Below are positions 57,419 to 64,000 of a stretch of DNA of 64,000 nucleotides, in pieces. Position 1 is the first letter of the stretch, and each line of letters starts with the position of its first letter. A program made the translations under genes and the position numbers. The DNA lies in the NCBI RefSeq assembly GCF_009914755.1, contig NC_060927.1; one strand, given 5' to 3'. The stretch comes from the human T2T-CHM13v2.0 reference genome, Homo sapiens. The notes beneath the pieces are model-generated. The model did not search any database. It saw nothing but the letters and a program-made list of their open reading frames with translations, and was not told the DNA's origin.

Positions 57419-59699
57419 AAGAAATAGAGCACTTTAATTAACCTCCAAAGTCCTACAATATATAACATCATACATATATCACCAAGTCTGACTACCTATG
57501 AAAGAATTTAATAAATGTGACTATTTTTCTGAGCATTAGTTTACTTAATCAAATAATTTTTGTGTTTCTGGAAGTTTAATTATATAATCAGTATTAAAGC
57601 ATTTTTAAAAGTGTAAAAATGACTTGAGTCATTTGAAAAACTGTAGAAGAAAGGATATAGAGAATAGACTAAGAGATCATTTACGACTCTCTATGACAAC
57701 TAAGATGAACAAATGATGAGAAGAGTAAACTAAAATAGGATTCATAAAAGTACCAAATGCAAATAGTCAAAAGATGGTCATTGCAGAAGGGTTTGAGCTT
57801 GAACTCTGAGCCATAAAATGGAAAACATCTGCATCAAGAATTCAACATTTATACACCACAAATGCTGTTTTGGTGAAAGTGGCTCACTTCACTGTGTGAG
57901 ACACCAATTCTTTTACAAGAGTTGCTTACAGGAGAAACGTCTCAAGAAAAAAAACCCCAGGGGACATGTCTGTAGGATAACTCCAAACGACGGTGCATGC
58001 ATCAGACAGGCACCACAAGTCTTTCACTACCTGTATTAGTCACAAATAACTTTTTGTCAGTTTCTCTTCAGAATTTTATATCTTAAATATATAAATAAAG
58101 AAATAAAATGCATTCGCATTTTATTAGCATTAAAAGCCTCTAAAACCAACTGTGTTAAAACTGTGTAGCTAGCTGCTTCTTTAATGTTTCCTCTTTCTTG
58201 TAAGTTCCATAAGGGCAATGGCCATAACTTGTTCATTACTACTTCTCCAAAATGTCCAGCCCAGTGGCTGGCACATGAAAGATACTCATTAAATATTTGC
58301 TGACTGACTACAAATAAGTTCATTGGTTAGTTCAAAATGTTTTCCCTAAGAGGTAATGTACTTGATTTTTAATAATTGCCCCCTAAACTTTTCAACTTTC
58401 AAAAGAGCCTTTTCATTGTCTCTCTAGGCACACATCAATCCCATTTTTTGAGAGACTTAGGCCATGATATTACAATTAATTATTTATCTCATTTTTTAAA
58501 AAAGGCATACAAATCCCAATCAGTACTTCCAATTGGCTCCGGATAATCGGTGTTATCTCCATAAATTCTATAACACCAGTAAAAATTAAGAAGCCACAAT
58601 GTATCGCCTAATCACCAAAGAATTTCATTTAGGCTTTTTGAAATATTGCAAATAACTCTAGACTGCCCAGCAAGCCCTTCTCTGGGCTCAGTTTAAACTA
58701 ATCCCTTTTGTTTACATGTCTGCTACAACCTTCAGACCTGCCCTCAATCCTATTCATACAAAAAAAATTATCTTCACATTTCACAAAAGACAATGAAATA
58801 ATTATGCTGTATTACCTTCTTCCCCAACCCCAGGGCCTCACACCGATACTGCTGCCCCCTCCAAAAATAAAAAATAATTATTGCTCCGTAGACCCAAGTA
58901 CAAGAAACATGCTACCAATTTTAAGAATATGGCCTTTCTCAATGTAAAATTGTAACAAAACTTCAATGTGTAAATTCTCATGAAACAAAACTTCATTGAT
59001 TTTGCCATGTCCCTACTGGCACTGAGTGATATTTTTCTCATAATGTATTTGGCAGAGGTACTCCAGGGTATTCAACTTTTCAGAAATCTGAATTCTTCTC
59101 AGCCCTAGTAGTTTATTTACAAATGGATAAAATGAATTGCTTTTTCTAAGAAAACAGTTTGACAGAAAGACAGGGAGATAAATAAAACATGCTCTCTCTC
59201 TGTTTAGAAAAAAAAACTTGCTTTTGAAGTATATAAGTGTTAAGGTGTATATTTGCCAAGAATAGTTCTATACTTGAATAGCAAGAGTCATTTATTTCTA
59301 GGTCTTTGTGTAGTGTGACATTTGGGAAGAAATAACTTCGTAGGTAGAAATATCTCTCTTGTACAGATTCTTCACTTCCATGATTTGTGTTTTTCCTGGA
59401 GCTTCCCCATCACCAGAGCTTCCATTTAAAATCCTGTAAGAATTTAAGCCTCACCTATATTTCCAGAAGAGTCTTAGAAGTCTCCTCCAATCTTCCCCCA
59501 GATCCACAGTACGGTGGATCTCTCACTCTTAATCACAGGATCACCAACTCTGTTGTCCTTTTTTTCTTTTAAATATCAATGAATTTTGTGTGCTATCCTA
59601 TTGGATATGATTACAGTTTAGGCTATAATCTTTCAGGAGGATACAGGAAGATTTGTGCAATGAAAATAACTTACTTCACTGATATTCTAACCCGTTGAT

Positions 59700-59857
59700 A
59701 CTGAAAGAGTGTTCCGGGAACCAGCAGCATGGGCATCACTTGAAAGCTTGTTAGAAATGCAGAATTTCAGATCCCATCCCAGTCCTATTGAATCGTAAAC
59801 TGCATTTAAACAAGATTCCAGGTGATTCCTAGTCACATTAAATTTGAACAAGCACTG
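59700..59857. mobile_element. MER5A hAT MITE
   Basis: 'accagcagcatgggcatcacttgaaagcttgttagaaatgcagaatttcag...aacaagattccaggtgattc...aagcactg'. Confidence 0.8.
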
Positions 59858-60512
59858 CTTAACTGACCTTAATCCATCAGAGCCAACAGTAGAGTCTTTT
59901 AATGAATCTGCCAACCACCACTACCACTAACGTTTTATACAAAACACATGTCCTGTTGATTTGCCATTGTTAGTAAATAATTATGCACATTCTTAAGACA
60001 TGGTTTTTTCGTATTGATGTGGAATATTCATAATAAACTTTTTCTTGGATAGAGAGAATTAATATTGCACAGATACTTCAGAAATTAATTTTTCACAGGC
60101 TAATATTTCTTACAGCTAAATGGTATTCTAACTCCAACAGCAATATGTAAGCATATTACTTAATCTCTCTGGAGTTCATTTTCCTCACCAGCAAAATGGA
60201 AATAACAATAGATAATCTAGTGAGTTATTGTGAGGATTACATGAGATAATATAAATGGAGCCACACTGCATCTCAAGGCATCTCTTTTCTTCACACATTG
60301 GTCACTTTCTCTCCTACTGGGGATGACCCTCTTCATGCAGCTAGGGGAGAGGTAGCAGTTTCACAACTCCAGCAGTTCACAAAGCTCCTGACATCTCCAG
60401 CTAAAACTATGAGAAAGAAAATGTTGATTGGTCCTGAATGGGAGGCTGATGGAGTGTACTGAAATCTTGGGTCGCATTTCTAACCACAGAGTGGGAATAA
60501 GGATAGGATTGC

Positions 60513-60920
60513 CATATAGTTTGGATCTGTGTCTCCACCAAATTTAATATTGAGTTGTAATCCCCAGTGATGGAGGCAGGGCCTGAGGGGAGGTGATTGT
60601 ACCGTGGGGTAGTTTCTCATTAATGGCTTAGCACCATCCCCTTGGTGCTGTTCTCACAATAGAGTTCTCACAAGATCTGGTTGTTTAAAAGTACATAGCA
60701 CCCCCACCCCTTCCCTCTCTTCCGCCTGCTCTAGCCATGTGAAGTTCTGGCTTCCCTTTCCCCTTCCACCATCATGGGAAGTTTCCTGAGGCCTCCCCAG
60801 AAGCAGAAGCCACTATGCTTCCTGTACAGCCTGCAGAACCGTGAGCCAATTAAACCTCTTTTCTTTACAAATTAACCATCTTAGGTGTTTCTTTATAGTA
60901 ATGCAAGTGCAGACTAATAA
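60513..60920 (+). mobile_element. MST (MSTA/B, ERVL-MaLR) solo LTR
   Basis: 'atatagtttggatctgtgtctccaccaaat', 'gtttcctgaggcctccccagaagcagaagcc', 'gaaccgtgagccaattaaacctcttttc'. Confidence 0.88.
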
Positions 60921-62199
60921 AGATTGGAAGAATGTGATTCTCGCAATCCAAATTACACGACTGAAAGATGGGATGGGACTGCTTTGCATAAAAACAACCA
61001 GTAAGCAACATGCACCTAGCCACTTCTGAGATTCAGGTGAAAGAACTGTACGAGATATATAAATGTGGGTGTTATCCAAATTTAAATGACATTTTATTGT
61101 GAGAATGGGTGAAATATCAGTGAAAATGTAGGGAGGGAAAGAAGAAGGAAAGTACTGCATGCCAACTCAAGAAAAGGCATTAAGTGTTGATGGTCCCATA
61201 TGGTTTAAATCTGTATTTTTGAGCTCCCAGCTTATTCTGATAATGAACCAGGCTGGAAACCAGTTTTATAGTATTTTTTCTAATAACTCTCTGGTGGAAG
61301 TACTTTCCCCATATTCAAATAATCCCAAGAATGTTGGAAAAGGGACTATGTTTCTGAAAATAGTAAAAATAATTACTGGGAAACTTTAGGGGGAAAAATC
61401 AATAAGTAGAAAAAATATGTGTTATTATTACTAAGTTTCTTAACGAAGGAAAGACGACTGATTGCATAGATATTAGCATCCTGATTATCCTGGGTTTTTT
61501 TTGTACCAGTCATTTGAGACCAGATAATTAAACAAACACTCTCAAAAAGTACATCTATTTTTTCCAGAAGCTTGTACCAAACTTCTTATATCCTGTTCGT
61601 GTCAGAAGGAATCATGGAGGGGCAGACAGAAGCTCTAAAATGGAACAGTAATTACAGTAAAAGAGCATAACTATTACTTATAATTACATGCATCTCAAGA
61701 GTTCTTTCCTTCTAGTTCTAGAGGTTTGACCCCCTTCTGAGGTAGAATAATTGTAAATACTAGGGAAGGAAGACAGATTTAAAGGTTATCTGTCAGTGGA
61801 AGGGAACATATACTTCATAAATTTTTGTATCTTCATTAAAGGAGTCTAAAAAACACAGTGAATGTCATCTTAAGAAATAGGCGCTGAAAGTAAAAATGAA
61901 TATAAATTATTTAAATGTTAAATTTCAGGGCAATACCTATAACTTCTAATGAATAATAAAGTAGCATGAAAAGCAATTTTATTCTAAATAATCTGCTACA
62001 GTTAAAAGATATTCATAGAAAATTTTGGCAGCCAGAAAGCAAATAAAAACATCCAGATAGTGTATTGGTTCTATAAGCAGAATTTTTTTTATTTTAACTT
62101 TTACCAAATGAGGAGGTCACTCCATCCAAAGATTTCTGGTCTCTCTGTATTCCTCTCCCATGACAATCTCATTGTATCACAATATGCATGTAGAAATAG

Positions 62200-63150
62200 G
62201 TGACTTTCAAATTCAGATAGTCTTTAATTTCACATTTTCAATGACTTGCTGAACATTTATACCTCGACAATCTCAAACTCATTCTGATCAAAATTGATTG
62301 CATTCTCGTCCTTGAAAACATGAACCTCCTCTTGTGTTATCTTTGTCTATCCCATCACCACCCTCCTTGTTACCTCTAGACTGCAAATCTCAGACCTATC
62401 TTTGTCTCCTCCTTTTCACCTTCAGCATCCAATAATTTGGCAGGCCTTGAACTTTTACCTCCACAAAGTGTTATATTTGTCCCTTCTTCCAAATTTCCTC
62501 TGCCATTTCCACATTAATTCCTTGTTATCTCTTGCCAAGACTACTGTTGGAGGCATCCTATGTAATACAACCCACTGAGGTAGATTTTCCCAGAGGCTAG
62601 TGAAACTTAGACTTGGGGTCCAACATTTACATGGACCCCTTCCATTAGGTCCTATACCTAATGTCAAATTCATAATATTGTATCCTTTCTCTTGAAGCAT
62701 ATCCACTACTTGTTTAAGCTTCAGGTCCCCCAGAACACCAGATTAACTTTTCTAAGGCAGAAATGGCAATTCCACTCTCTGATTCAATGGCCCACCATCA
62801 ACCCACCCAAGTTGACTACATAATAAATTCATTCCTCTTTGCCTGATTGTAAAGCCTTTCTTAGTATGACTGAAACCTTTCTTTCCACCTATGTTACCAT
62901 TACTTAATTAATGCAAGCTATTACATTAAAACAAACTGAGTTGCTACTGCACACCCATTTGCTAACCAACTCCACCACACTTTTGCTTACATTTTTTCCT
63001 CTACCAAGAGTATCCTTCCTGCCTCATCCTCACCTTTCTCCCTACCATACCCCAAAGTTGATATTATACACAACAATGAGGTTCCAGGTTAAATCATCAC
63101 CCCCATGAAGTCTTTTTATACTGTTACCAGGTAGATGCAGGCTCTCCTTT
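62200..63150 (+). mobile_element. L2 fragments with an inserted hAT-like remnant (~62570-62740)
   Basis: 'ctcaaactcattctgatcaaaattga', 'ttcagcatccaataatttggcagg', 'tcatcacccccatgaagtcttt'. Confidence 0.5.
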
Positions 63151-63206
63151 CTCTAAATTCCTATTTCCTGGAAATTCTCAAATGGAATTATTACTTTATA
63201 TTTTTC

Positions 63207-63468
63207 AAGTGTGAACAAACTGTGGCCCATATATCAAATTCAACCCACCACTTGTATATAAATAAAGTCTTATTAGTTTCTTTCTCCTAGGAAGAGATTT
63301 TTTAAAAAATTTAAGGAACACAGCCACACCCATTTGTCTACATATTGTCCTGTGGCTGTTTTTGCACTACAACAGCAGAGTTGAATAGTGACAACAGAGC
63401 CAATACAACTGGCAAAGCATAAAATATTTACTATTTGGCCCTTCACAGAAAAAGATTTCCAACTTCTG
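63207..63468. mobile_element. MER58A hAT MITE
   Basis: 'ggaacacagccacacccatttg...actacaacagcagagttgaatagt...aaaatatttactatttggcccttcacagaaaaag'. Confidence 0.85.
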
Positions 63469-64000
63469 TTCCAGATTATCTATGTATGCATTTTACTTCC
63501 CTTATAGGCACTAGCATAAGCTGCTCAAAGAAAAAATGGCCTCTTTTTCATTGCTATTCCCCAACAATACCTAGCAAACTTATTGAAAAGAATCATTCCA
63601 TAAATATTTGAAGAGAGAGTGAATAAATCAATCCTATGTAGTTATTTAAGGATTTTTACTGCTAATTTTAAAAAATAAAGTATTTATGTATTTGGATTTT
63701 GATCATTATCCCAATTAGTATTAGAAACTTTGAATATTGCACACACATACACACACCCATTCCACACCACTCATCTTGTAACTTTTATCCAGAATATCTT
63801 TATTTTTATCTTCTTAACTTTCTAAAATTAAGCTGTTTTCTTATCAGTTAATATTTAATTAGCTGGGCTGACATTGTATCAGTTTTCATTGGCATTGTTA
63901 TTTCTTGCATTCCGGGTGAAGGGATTAGCATATGAGGCAATAACCTTGAATGCAAGGAGCAAGGAATAGAGATGTTAAAATGGGCGGCTAGGAACAATGA

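Overview
64 kb of primate (very probably human or another catarrhine) AT-rich, repeat-dense non-coding DNA, either intronic or intergenic. I see no host protein-coding exon, RNA gene or CRISPR array. All longer ORFs are retroelement remnants or chance ORFs. Content: a 6.6-kb two-LTR non-autonomous ERV1 provirus (MER57-type, TSD TACC, tRNA-Leu PBS, decayed integrase and env) inside an old L1; solo LTRs (MER51, LTR52-like, LTR16, MLT1/2, MST); seven Alus and an Alu monomer; L2/MIR; hAT and Tigger DNA elements; and a deeply nested L1 stack at 36-45 kb. Best observations: (1) a young L1PA is 5'-truncated at the very position homologous to its antisense-L1 target site, leaving a 104-bp-arm palindrome, which suggests RNA:target pairing set the junction; (2) an ERVL-type LTR carries a decayed antisense piece of apolipoprotein A-IV coding sequence; (3) an old L1 is reduced to a CpG-retaining 5'UTR plus tail, with a strong splice donor; (4) three locally templated insertions, two with fold-back hairpins at a junction; (5) one target site used twice. 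Subfamily names come from my recollection of consensus sequences, and boundaries of old repeats are approximate.
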